From: the human T2T-CHM13v2.0 reference genome, Homo sapiens
DNA length: 64,000 nucleotides
Assembly: GCF_009914755.1 (NCBI RefSeq)
Contig: NC_060935.1
Reading direction: 5' to 3' (one strand)
Shown here: positions 1 through 17,214 of the stretch, piece by piece
Numbering within the stretch: position 1 is the first letter of the stretch
Layout of the letters: each line of letters starts with the position of its first letter
Notes under the pieces: generated by a model
Seen by the model: the letters and a program-made list of their open reading frames with translations, nothing else
Told to the model about the DNA's origin: nothing
Databases searched by the model: none
Made by a program: the position numbers and the translations under genes

Positions 1-214
1 TTAAACTCAATTGGCTATTATCCCTGTTGGCTAGGTTGAGACATTGTTAATTATCAAAAACAGGAAGCAAACTAAATATAATTCATACTTAGTTGTAGAG
101 TGCACTCAGCCCATCAGCGATGTGTCTGGACACAGAAAGTGTGACACCTTCCCTGTCTCCCTCTGCCTCCTTTCTGTTGCAGAATTATAGAAATTGAAAT
201 ATGTGGCTGTGAGA

Positions 215-460
215 CTGAGGGCTTAAGAACATAGACTCTGGCCTTTTTCCTGAATGAGACAGAGAGACTTGGTCCAAAGCCTTGTTTTCCCATTACTACC
301 TGTGTGGTCTTGGAAAAATCAGCAAATCACTCTGTGCTTCATTTTTCTCATCAGCAAAATGAATTCTGCTACCTACTTCATAAGGTTGTTGTGATGATTA
401 AATTAAATATAATGTTCCTAAAGACAGTACTTAGCAAACAGTAGGTGAGTAATAGATGGT
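215..460 (+). mobile_element. MIR SINE
   Basis: Core-like tgtgtggtcttggaaaaatc...ctctgtgcttcatttttctcatcagcaaaatg...acctacttcataaggttgttgtgatgattaaat. Confidence 0.7.
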
Positions 461-747
461 TGTGGAAGTGGCTAGTTAGGATCACTGATTCCCTTCCCCC
501 TAGAGTTAGAGATGTGATGCCTACTGACAGAAAAAAGGGAAGGTCCTGTGGATAAAATAACTTACTGGGTAGAACATTATTATGTTGACTCTTTGTTCTC
601 ACTCAGTTCAGCTGCATGTTCAGGTAGACTAATTCCAGTAAACTTCAGATTCTGTAAACAAAATAAATGCATTGTTTGTTTACTTGGTCTTCAAATATTA
701 TTCATATGGAGCATAGTATATGACAGAACAAAGTGGAAATACAGAGG

Positions 748-1296
748 TGAGATGGGTTAAATTGTGTTTCTAAAGGATGTGTTGAATTTCTCACCCCCAG
801 TACCTTTAAGTGAGATGTTATTTGGAAATACGCCCTTTGCAGGTATAATCAAGTTAAAATGAGGTCATACTGCAATAGAGTGGGCCTTTAATCCCATAAT
901 ACTGGTGTTTTGTTTATTTGTTTTTTCTTTGCAAAAGCAAGTTTATTAAGAAAGTAAAGAAACAAAAGAATGGCTACTCCATAGGCAGAGCAGCCAAGAC
1001 TGGCATTCTTATAAGAGGAAAAGAGGCAAAGAGACACATATACACGAATAGAGACAGCCATGGGAAGATAGAGGCAGACATGAGAGTGATGCTGCCATAG
1101 AAGCAAGGTACTTCTGGGGTTTCCAGAAGCTGCAGAGGCAAGAAAGGATCCTCCCCAGAGGCTTAGGAGGAGCATAGTCCTGCTCACACCTTGATTTTGG
1201 ACTTGCCACCTCTAGAACTGCAAGACAATACATTTCTGTTGTTTTCAGCCACCCAGTTTGTGGTGCTTTGTTATGGCAGCCTAGAAAACTAATACA
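748..1296 (+). mobile_element. MLT1 (MLT1B/C-like) MaLR solo LTR, interrupted at 910-995
   Basis: Starts tgagatgggttaaattgtg. Contains caccttgattttggactt...ctagaactg...agccacccagtttgtgg. Ends aactaataca. Confidence 0.85.
910..995 (-). mobile_element. Poly(A)-tailed fragment of an ERV1 (MER4-group; MER41/MER57/LTR8-like) LTR R region
   Basis: Minus strand reads GGCTGCTCTGCCTATGGAGTAGCCATTCTTTTGTTTCTTTACTTTCTTAATAAACTTGCTTTTGC plus an A-rich tail. Flanked by aatactggtgtt (898-909) and aagactggcatt (996-1007). Confidence 0.7.
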
Positions 1297-2537
1297 GAGA
1301 TTAGAATATAAGATAAAGACAACCCTGGCCTTCCAAGAGCTTGCAACCTGGGTGAAAGGTGTACACAGAAAAGAAACTCACATTACAAGGCTGAATTAAC
1401 CAAATGCTGAATATTGGTAACAAGTGGCATGTAGCAGGGTAAACAAGGAAGTTTGAGGACACAGAATTCAAGTCCTCCTAACAGAACCGGAGAAAAACCA
1501 TGGAGGAGGCCACATCTGCACTGTCCTGAGTGCTGAGCAGGATTTCAGGAGAGAGAAGGCAGAGATGCTGGACAGGCCAGCACAGGTGGATGAGTGTGCA
1601 TGGACACTCTGAGCAGGGCTAGTTCCTGAGCTGGTTGCGGCAGAGCATGGGGCACTGAAAGGCAGACACTGGCCCAGAAACTCTTTCTGTAAAGCTTCTA
1701 GTAAGCCTCATGAGCCACCCTGGACCACATCTTCATCAAGTCCCAGATGTCTACATGCCCATTTGGTTTCTTTTCAGCTCATATAGTTTCCTAATTATTC
1801 TAGTTAATAGTCCACTAACTTAAATTCCCAGTTTCTATCTCTCTGGATAATATTCAGGTATCAATAAGACTAAACGTGTAATCCATTAGAAATGAAGATT
1901 TATCTGAGCAGTCACAGGCAACATGGAAGAGTAGGACCCTAGGGGACAGGCAGGAATGTCTCTCTCCACCCTAAGAGGGTAAGCACTTACCCAAAGCTTC
2001 AGCATAAGATGAAAACAGATGGTTTTCACACTTTCAAAAACACACAAACCAGTGAAAAAAATATTTTCAACCATGTACTTTATATTCCTCTTGGAATTCA
2101 CAGTTGGAGTCAGTTTCATATTTCTTAAAATAGGCCTCACAATTCTCCAGTCTGATTATCTTGGATCTAAGAAAATGAAACAAGTTATTAGGATACAGAT
2201 TATTAAAAAAGTAAAGAGGTTACTCACTTTTTAGGTCTTCATCATGAAAAGATAAAGAAAAAGACAATCAGAAAGACTCATTCATTTGGGAAATAAACAT
2301 CTTCCCCAAAGACAAAAGCCAGAGAAACCTGAGTGTATATATATATTTTTTCAAGGGAGTGGTTGAGAAAAAAGGGAGGAGGGCTAACAAAATAGTATTT
2401 ATAAAACACTGGAATGATAATCCAAAAATCTAATTTCTAGGCCCTATTGTGTAACTGATTGGCTTTGTGACCTTAAGTAAGTTCTCTTCCCCGAGATCTT
2501 GATAACCCATTTCTTTAAGTCACTATATATATATTCA

Positions 2538-2559
2538 GATAGACAGATGATAGATAGAT

Positions 2560-2605
<46 letters not shown>

Positions 2606-2627
2606 GATAGATAGATAGATGACAGAC

Positions 2628-2680
<53 letters not shown>
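2538..2680 (+). repeat. Compound (GATA)n/(GACA) tetranucleotide microsatellite
   Basis: About 140 bp of GATA units with GAT and GACA interruptions. Confidence 0.97.
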
Positions 2681-4218
2681 TTAGGCCAGTGCAAAAGTAA
2701 TTGCAGTTTTTGTATTGTTGGAATTAGCCATTGAATTGGAATTCATTCTTAAATAAATGTGGTTATGTTATACATTATTTTAATGCACATTTCTTGATTT
2801 TTTTTTGCTGATGACTTATTACTTGCTGTTTATTTTATGTTTATTTTAGACTATGGAAAATGATGTTGGACAAAAAGCAAAACTGAGTGATTTTCTTATT
2901 CGAGTCAAAATGGGTCATAAAGCAGCGGTGACAACTCACAACATCAACAAAGCATTTGGCACAGGAACTGCTAATGAACATAAAGGGAAGTGGTGGTTCA
3001 AGAAGTTGTTCAAAGGAGATGAGAGCCTTGAAGATGAGGAGCAGTCATGGAGGCTGATCCTCTTACAACTACAGGAGAAATTGCTGAAGAACTCAACATC
3101 AACCATTCTATGATTGTTTGGCATTTGAAGGAAATTGGAAAGGTGAAAAAGCTCGATAAGTGGGGGCCTCATGAGCTGACCAAAAATCAAAATAATCGTC
3201 ATTTGAAGTGTCTTCTTCTCTTATTCTACACAACAACGAGCAATTTTTTGATCAGATTGTGTCGTGTAATGGAAAGTGGATTTTATACAACAGTCAGCAA
3301 CAACCAGCTAAGTGGTTAGACTGAGAAGAAGCTCCAAAGCACTTCCAAAAGCCAAACTTGCACCAAAAAAGGTCATGGTCACTGTTTGGTCTTGCCAGTG
3401 TGATCCACGACAGCTTTCTGAATCCCAGCGAAACCATTACATCTGAGAAGTATGCCCAGCAAATTGATGAGATGCACTGAAAACTGCAATGCCTGCAGCC
3501 GGCATTGGTCAACAGAAAGGGCCCGATTCTTTTCCAGGACAACCCTCGACAGCAAGTCCCATAACCAACGCTTGAAAAGTTGAACGAATTTGGCTACAAA
3601 GTTTTGCCTCATCCACCATATTCACCTGACCTCTTGCCAACCGACGACCACTGATTTCAAGCATATTGACACCTTTTGGAGGGAAAATCCTTCTGCAGCA
3701 AGCAGGATGCAGATAATGCTTTCCAAGGGTTTGTCGAAACCTGAAGCACAGATCTTTATGCTACAGGAATAAACAAACTAATTTTTCATTGTCAAAAATA
3801 TGTTGATTGTAATGGTTCCTACTGTGATTAATAAAGATGTGTTTGACAGGAACAGAAAATCAAACACCGCATGTTCTAACTCATAACTGGGAGTTGAACA
3901 ATGAGAACACATGGACACAAGAAGGGGAACATCACACACAGAGGCCTACGGGGGGTGGGGGGCAAGGGGAGGGAAAGCATTGGGACAAATACGTAATGCA
4001 TGCAGGGCTTGAAACCTAGATGATGGGTTGATTGGTGCAGCAAACCACCATGGCGCATGTATTCCTATGTAACAAACCTGCATGTTCTGCACATGTATCC
4101 CAGAACTTAAAGTATAATACTAATACTGCTACTACTAATAATAAAAAGATGTGTTTGAGCCCATTCATAATGATTTAAAATTCATGATCTGAAACTGCAA
4201 TTACTTTTGCACCAATAA
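2681..4218 (+). mobile_element. Hsmar1 mariner DNA transposon, near full length, dead transposase
   Basis: TIRs ttaggccagtgcaaaagtaattgcagttttt and aaactgcaattacttttgcaccaa-taa with TA on each side (2679-80, 4219-20). Transposase fragments KMGHKAA..THNINKAFG, WWFKK, KVKKLDKWGPHELT, HPPYSPDLLPTD, with multiple frameshifts. Confidence 0.95.
3847..4144 (+). mobile_element. 5'-truncated L1PA (about L1PA8-10) 3' end inserted in Hsmar1
   Basis: L1 3'UTR ending cagaacttaaagtataat plus tail. Perfect 14-bp TSD AAAGATGTGTTTGA at 3833-3846 and 4145-4158. Confidence 0.92.
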
Positions 4219-5355
4219 TATATATATTACATAATATATTTATGCATATGTTATTTATATATATAATCAAAACTAAGTTCATTAAATACATATAAAAATA
4301 AACTTATATGACAGCAATACCCTATGAAGGCACTAAAAGGGAAGAAATGTCCAGAGAAATATTTATTTATTTACCAAACGGGGTGGTAGGTTTTTCTTTT
4401 GTTAGTGTAAATCTGAAAAGTTATTTCTCCTCCCTTACATAACACAGACTTCCAAGTTAGTCAAGTTAGTCATTTAAAAACATTTATTTATTTAAACTTT
4501 TATTTTAGTTTCAAGAGTACATGTACAGATTTGTTACAGAGGTAAATTGCATGTTTTGGGGGTTTGGAGTAGAGATTATCTCATCTCTCAGGTAATCAGC
4601 ACAGTACCCAGTAGGTATTTTTTTGATTCTCACCTTCCTGCCACCCTCCATCCTCAGATAGTCCCTGGTGTCTGTTGTTCCCTTGTCTGAGTCCATGTGT
4701 ACTCAATGTGTAGCTCCCATTTATAAGTGAGAATATGTGGTATTTTGTTTTCTATTCTTGTGTTAGTTTGCTTGGGATAATGGACTCCAGCTCCATCCAT
4801 GCTGCTGTAAAGAACACAACCTCACTCTTTTTTATGGCTGCATAGTGCTCCATGTATATGTACCACATTTTCTCTATGCAGTCTATTGTTGATGGGCATT
4901 TAGGTTGCCTCCATATCTTTTTTATTGTGAACAGTGCTATGATGAACATACACGTGCATGTGTCTTTATGGCAGAACAATTTATATTCCTTTGGGTATAC
5001 ACCCAATATGGGATTACTGGGTTGAATGTCAATTCTGCTATAAGTTCTTTGAAAAAATGCTAAAATGCTTTCTACAATTACTGACCTAAGTTACATTCCC
5101 ACCAGCAGTATGTAAATGTTCTCTTTTCTCTGCAACCTTGCCATCATGCTATTTTTTGACTTTTTAATAGCAGCCATTCTGACTTCGGTAAGATGCTGTC
5201 TTATCATGGTTTTAATTTGCCTTTCTCTAATAATTAGTGATGTTGTGCATTGTTTCATATGCTTGTTGGCCAAATGTCTGTCTTTTTTTTAAGTGTCTGT
5301 TCATGTTCATTGCCCATTTTTTAATGCAGTTGTTTGTTTTCTGCTTGTTAATTTC

Positions 5356-9432
<4,077 letters not shown>

Positions 9433-10400
9433 ATAAATTCTGGAGAATAGATCTTTGTCAGATGCATAATTTGAAAATATTTTCTCCCATTCTGTAGGTT
9501 GGGTGCTGATAGTTGGTAAGTTGCAAATATTTTATCTCATTCTGTAAGTTATCTGTTTATAGTTTCTTTTATTGTGTAGACACTGTTTAGTTTAATTAGA
9601 TTTCATTTGTCGATGTTTGTTTTTGTTGCCATTGCTTTGTCGCATCATGAAATCTTTGCCAGGGCCTATGTTCATAATAGTGTTTCCTAGGTTTTTCTCA
9701 AGGATTTTTTTATAGTTTTAGATTTTATATTTTAGTATTTAATCCATCTTGATGTGATTTTTTATATGGTATAAGGAAGGGGTCTAGTGTCTATCCTCTG
9801 CATATTGTTACCCAGTTACCCCAGCACAATTTGTTGAATAGGGAATCCTTTCCCCATTGCTTATTTTTGTAGAATTTGTCAAAGATTGGATGGTTGTTGG
9901 TGTGTGGCTTTATTTCTGCACACTCTATTCTGTTCCAATGGTCTATGTGTCTGTTTTTGCAACAGTACCCGTTTTGGTTACTGTAGCTTTGTAGCATAGT
10001 TTGAAGTCAGGTAATGTGATGCCTCCAGCTTTGTACGTTTTGCTAATGATTGCTTTGTCCACTGAGGTTCTCTTTTCATTGCATATGAACTTTGGAATAA
10101 CTTTTGCTAATGCCAGGAAGAATATCATTGGTGTTTGATTGGAATAGCATTGAAACTGTAAATTGCTTTGAGATGTATGGCCATTTTAACAAGACTGATT
10201 CTTCCTATCCATGAGTATGGAAAGTTTTTCCATTTGTTTGTATCATCTCTGATTTCTTTGAGCATTGTTTTGTAATTATTTTATAAAGGTCTTTTGCCTC
10301 CCTGTTTAGCTGTATTTCTCAGTACTTTATTCCTTTTGTGGCTAATGTGAATGGTATTCCATTCTTTATGGCTCTCAGCTTGGATGGTATTGGTGTATAG

Positions 10401-10698
<298 letters not shown>

Positions 10699-12650
10699 AG
10701 AAATGCTATTGATTTTTGTACATTGGTTTTGTATCCTGAAACTTTGCTAAAGTTATTTATCACACCTAGGAGCTTTTGGACAAAGACTGGAATTTTATAG
10801 TTATAGAATCATATAGTCTGAAGAGAGATAGTTTGGCTTTCTTTTTTTTTTCTAATTGGATGCCTTTTATTTCTCTTCTCTGATTGCTCTGCTAGGATTT
10901 CCAGTACTACATTGAATAAGTGTGGTGAGAGTGTCATCTTTGTCTTGTTCCACTTCTCAAGGGGATTGCTTTCAGTTTTTGCCCATTCAGAATGATGTTG
11001 TCTGTGTGTTTGTCATAGATGACTCATATTATTTTGTGGTATGTTCCTTCAATGACTAGTTTTTTGAAGGTTTTTTCACATGAGGGAATGTTGAATTTTA
11101 CTGAAAGCCTTCTGCATCTATTGAGATAATTATGCGGTTTATGCTTTTTGTTCTGTTTATATGATGAATCACCTTCATTGATTTGTGTATGTTGAACTAA
11201 CCTTGCATCCCAGGGATAAAGCAAACTTGATCATGATAGATTAGTTTTTTGAAGAGCTGATGGGTTCAATTTGCTAGTATTTTGTGGAAGATTTCTGCAT
11301 CTATGTTTATCAAGGATATTGACATGAAGTTTTGTTTTTCTATTGTGCCTCTGCCATGTTCTGGTATCAGGATGATGCTAACCTCATAGAATGAGTGACG
11401 GAGGAATCCATCCTCCTCAGTTGTTAGGAATAGTTTCAGTAGAAATTATACCAACTCTTCTTTACACAACTTGTAGAATTCAAATGTGAATCCATCTGGT
11501 CCTGGGCTTTTTCTGGTTGGATGACTTTTTATTACTGATTCAATTTCAGAACTCATTATTGGCCTGTTCAGTGATTCAATTTCTACCTGGTTCAATCTTG
11601 GGAGGCTGTATGTTTTCCAGAATTTATCAATTTGTTCTAGGTGTATTAGTTTGTTTGTATAGAGGTGTTCATAGTAGTAGTCTTTGAGGGTTTTTTTTTT
11701 TGTATTTCTGTGGGTTCAGTTGTAATGTCCCCTTTGTCATGTCTGATTGTTCTTATGTGGATCTTCTCTCTTCCTTTATTAGTTTAGCTAGCAAGCAGAC
11801 TTCAATTTTATTTAGTCTTTCAAAGAACCAATTTCTGGTATCGTTTTTCTTTATATATTTTTATGTATCTCAATTTCATTCAGTTCAGCTCTGATTTTGG
11901 TTATTTCTTGTCTTCTGTAGGCATTGGGGTTGGTTTGCTCTTGTTTGTCTAGTTCATCTTGGTGTGATGTTAAGTTGTTAATTTAAGATTTCGCTGTCGT
12001 TTTTTGACATGCACTCTTAATGCTATAAACTTTCCTTTTAACGTTACTTTAGCTGTGTCCCAGAGATTTTGGTATGTTGTATATTTTTCTTCCCATTAGT
12101 TTCAAGGAGTTTCTTGATTTGTTCCTAAATTTCATTGTTTACCCAGAAGTCATTTAGGAGTCAGTTAATTTCCATGTAGTTGTATTGTTTTAAGTGATCT
12201 TCTTAATATTGATTTCTATTGACATTGTGTTGTGGTCTGAAAGTGTGTTTGGTATGATTCCTTTTTTTATTTTAATTAATTTGCTGAGAATTGTTTTATG
12301 GAAGATTGTGTGGTTGATTTTAGAGTATGTGCCATGGGCACATGAGAAGAATGTATATTCTGTTGTTGGGAGGAGGATTTAGTAGGTATGTGTTAGGTTG
12401 ATTTGGTCATGTTGAGTTCAGGTCCCAAATGTCTTGGTTAGTTTTCTGCCTTGATGATCTGTCTAATACTGTCAGTGGTATGCTGAAGTCTCCCATTATT
12501 ATTATGTGGTTATTTGATCTCTTCATAGTTCTCTAAGAACTTGTTGTATGAATCTGGGTTCTCCTGTATTGGGTGCATATATATATTTAGAATAGTTACT
12601 TTTTCTTGTTGAATTGAACCCTTTACTATTATAGAATGCCCTTCCTTGAC

Positions 12651-12921
12651 TTTTTTTTTTTCTTGATGCAGAGTTTTGCTCTTGTCATCCAAGCTGGAGT
12701 GCAGTGGCACCATCTCGGCTCACTGCAACCTCCGCAATGAGGCAGGGTTCAAGCGATTCTCCTGCCTCAGCCTCCCGAGTAGCTGGGATTGATTACAGGC
12801 ATGTGCCACCATGCCTAGCTAATTTTTGTATTTTTGTTAGAGATGGGGTTTCACCATGTTGACTAGGCAGGTCTTCAACTCCTGACCTCAGGTGATCGGC
12901 CCACCTTGGCCTCCCAAAGTG
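12651..12921 (-). mobile_element. Alu (AluSq/Sp-like), slightly 5'-truncated
   Basis: gagttttgctcttgt diagnostic. Ends at ctcccaaagtg. Degenerate TSD tgcccttccttgactt versus tgccttctttgcctt. Confidence 0.92.
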
Positions 12922-13759
12922 CCTTCTTTGCCTTTTTTGATTATTGTTGGTGTAAAGTTTCTTTAGTCTGAAATTAGAATAGCAACTCTTGATTTTTTCT
13001 TTTTAAAGTTCGTTTTGTCTGAAATTAGAATGGCAACCCCTGGTTGTTTTTTTTTTTTTCTATTTTCTGTTTGATTGGTAGGTTTTTCTCCATCCCTTTG
13101 CTTTGAGCCTATGGGTGTCATTGCAAGTGAGATAGCAGCATACCATCAGAGACTACTTCTTTATTCATTATGCCACTCTGGGTCTTTTAATTGAGGCATT
13201 TAGCACATTTACAATGAAGTTTAATATCGATATGTGTGGATTTTATCCCACCGTCATGATGTTAGCTGGTTATTATGTAGACTTGACTATGCAGTTGCTT
13301 TATAGGGTCAATTGTCTATCTACTTAAGTGGGTTTTTTTTGTTTTGTTTTGTTTTGTTTTTTTTGGTAGTGGCCAGAAATAGTCTTTCATTTCCTTATTT
13401 AGCATTCTTTTAAGGACCTCTTGTGAGGCAGGTCTTGTTGTAGTAATACATTTCCTTATCATTTGCTTGTCTGAGAAGGAATTTATTTCTCCTTTGCTTA
13501 TGAAGCTTAGTTTGGCTGGATATAACATTCTTGGCTGGAGTTTCTTGCCTTTAAGAAAACTAAATACAGGCTTCCATTCTCTTCTGGCTTGTAAAGTTTC
13601 TGCCAAAAGGTCTGCTGTTAGCCTGATGGGGTTCCCTTTTTAGGTGACCTGCTTCTTCTCTCTAACTGTCTTTAATATATTTTGTTTCATGTCGACCTTG
13701 GAGAATCTGATGAGTGTGTACTGGGGATGATCATCTTGTATAGTATCTCACAGGGGTTC

Positions 13760-14124
13760 TAATATGGTTTAGCTATGTCCCCACCCAAATCTCATTTTGA
13801 ATTGTAGTTCCCATAATCCCCATGTGTTGTGAGAGGGACCTGGTGGGAGGTAATTAAATCATGGGGGAGGGTTATTCCCATACTGTTATCATAACAGTGA
13901 ATAAGTCTCATGAGATCTGATGGTTTTATAAATGGGAGTTCCCCTGCACAAGCTCCCTTGCCTGCCACCATGTAAGACGTGGCTTTGCTCCTTCCTCATC
14001 TTTCACCATGATTGTGAGGCCTCCCCAGCCATGTGGAAATGTGAGTCCATTAAACCTCTTTTTCTTTATGTATTACCCAGTTTGAGGTATGTCTTTATTA
14101 GCAGCATGAGAACAAACTAATACA
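13760..14124 (+). mobile_element. THE1 (THE1C/D-like) solo LTR inserted in L1 ORF1
   Basis: taatatggtttagctatgtccccacccaaatctc...catgattgtgaggcctccccagccatgtgg...aactaataca, about 365 bp, with a degenerate 5-bp TSD gttct/gtttt. Confidence 0.92.
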
Positions 14125-15384
14125 GTTTTTTTGCATTTCCTGAATTTAAATGTTAGACTTTCTGGAGAGGTTGGGGAAATTTTCTTGGATGATATCCTCA
14201 AATATGTTTTCCAAGTTGCTTGCTTTCTCTCCCTTTCTTTCAGGGACACCAGTGATTTGTAGATTTCACCTCTCTACATAGTTCCACATTTCTCAGAGGT
14301 TTTGCTCACTTTTTTGTTATTTTTTCTTTATTTTTGTCTGGCTGAGTTAATTCAGAGAACCAGTCTTTGGGCTCTGAGATTGTTTCCTCAACTTGGTCTA
14401 TTTTGCTGTTAATACTTGCAATTCTATTATGAAATTCTTGTAGTGTGTTTCTCACCTCTATTAGATCAGTTTTGTGCTTTCTTAAAATGACCATTTCATC
14501 TTTTAGCTCCTGTATTTTTTTTTTTTTTTTTTTTTTTGTATTTCTTAAATTCCTTGGATTGGGTTTCAACCTTCTCCTGAATCTTAATAATCTTCCTTCC
14601 TATCTAAATTCTGAATTCTATGCCTGCCATTTCAGCCTGGTTAAGAACCATTTCTGGGGAAGTAATGTGGTCATTTGGAGGTAAGAAGACACTGTGGCTT
14701 TTTGAGTTCCAAGAGTTCTTGTGCTAGTTTTTGTTTTTTGTTGTTGTTGTTTTGTTTTGTTTTGTTTTGTTTTTTCAGCTGTGTGGACTGATGTTCCTTA
14801 AACCTTTTAAATTGCCGTCATTTGGATGGGATATTTTGCATTATCTTCTTGGAAGCTTTCAAGGGTTTGATTGTGGTATAAGAAGGGTATAAGTCAGCTG
14901 ACTGGCTTTGATTCTGGAAGATTTCAGGGAGCTCAGCTCAACACTCCTTGGCTGTGTGCTCTAACACTGAGGGCTGCTACCAGCCTTGTTCTCTGGTCCC
15001 TCAAGACTAGGAATCTGCTGCACTGGAGGGACCAAGATGTTCCTGGTCTGCTGGCCCCAATACTCTGATTAGGGGGTGTTGGCCAAAGTGCTTCACTGAA
15101 GTAGTGACAGCAGGATCCTTGCCTGCTAGTGTATGTCAGTAGCCATGATGGTGATTGAGTTGCCTATACATCATCAGCAGGGTCAGAACATTAGTGGGTG
15201 TGAGGCTTTGGCAGTGGCACCAGCATATACACACTCACACTGGTGGTGGTGGCAGTGCAGTGGGGATGGTATGCTAGTAGGTGTAGGAGTGCTGGCATCC
15301 ATGCACACTGATTGGCTTTTGGGTCTCTATAATATGCACTCTAATTTAACTTTAACATTTGCCACCCCCCTCAGGTTTTTACTT

Positions 15385-16760
<1,376 letters not shown>

Positions 16761-16770
16761 ATTCATCATT

Positions 16771-17200
16771 GAATGTTTATAGCAGCACAATTGACAATTG
16801 CGAAATTGTTGAACCAACCCAAAAGCCCATCAATCATGGAATACTACACAGTCACAAAAAGGAATTAATTAACAACATTTGCTGTGACCTGGATGAGACT
16901 GGAGACTATTATTCTAAGTGATGTAACTCAGAAATAGAAAACCAAACATTGTGTGCTCTCACTGATATGTGGGAACTGAGCTATGAGGATGCAAAGGCAT
17001 ATGAATGATACAATGGACTCTTGGGACTTGGGGTAAAGAGTAGGGGGAGGGGGAGGAATAAAAGACTACAAATATGGTGCAGTTTATACATGGGTGATGG
17101 CTGCACCAAAATCTCACAAATCAACACTAAAGAACTTACTCATGTAAGTAAATACCACCTTACCCCAATAACTTATGGAAAAAAATAAAATAAAACAAGA
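16771..17200 (+). mobile_element. L1PB1-like 3' end
   Basis: ctatgaggatgcaaaggcat..gaatgatacaatggact...gggtgatggctgcaccaaaatctcacaaatc..cactaaagaactt plus A-tail. Confidence 0.85.
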
Positions 17201-17214
17201 AACAAAACAAATTG

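Noticed and set aside
2853-3772. Domesticated SETMAR-like transposase
   Set aside because: Multiple frameshifts, stops and an internal deletion, the first catalytic Asp appears changed, and there is no SET domain nearby.
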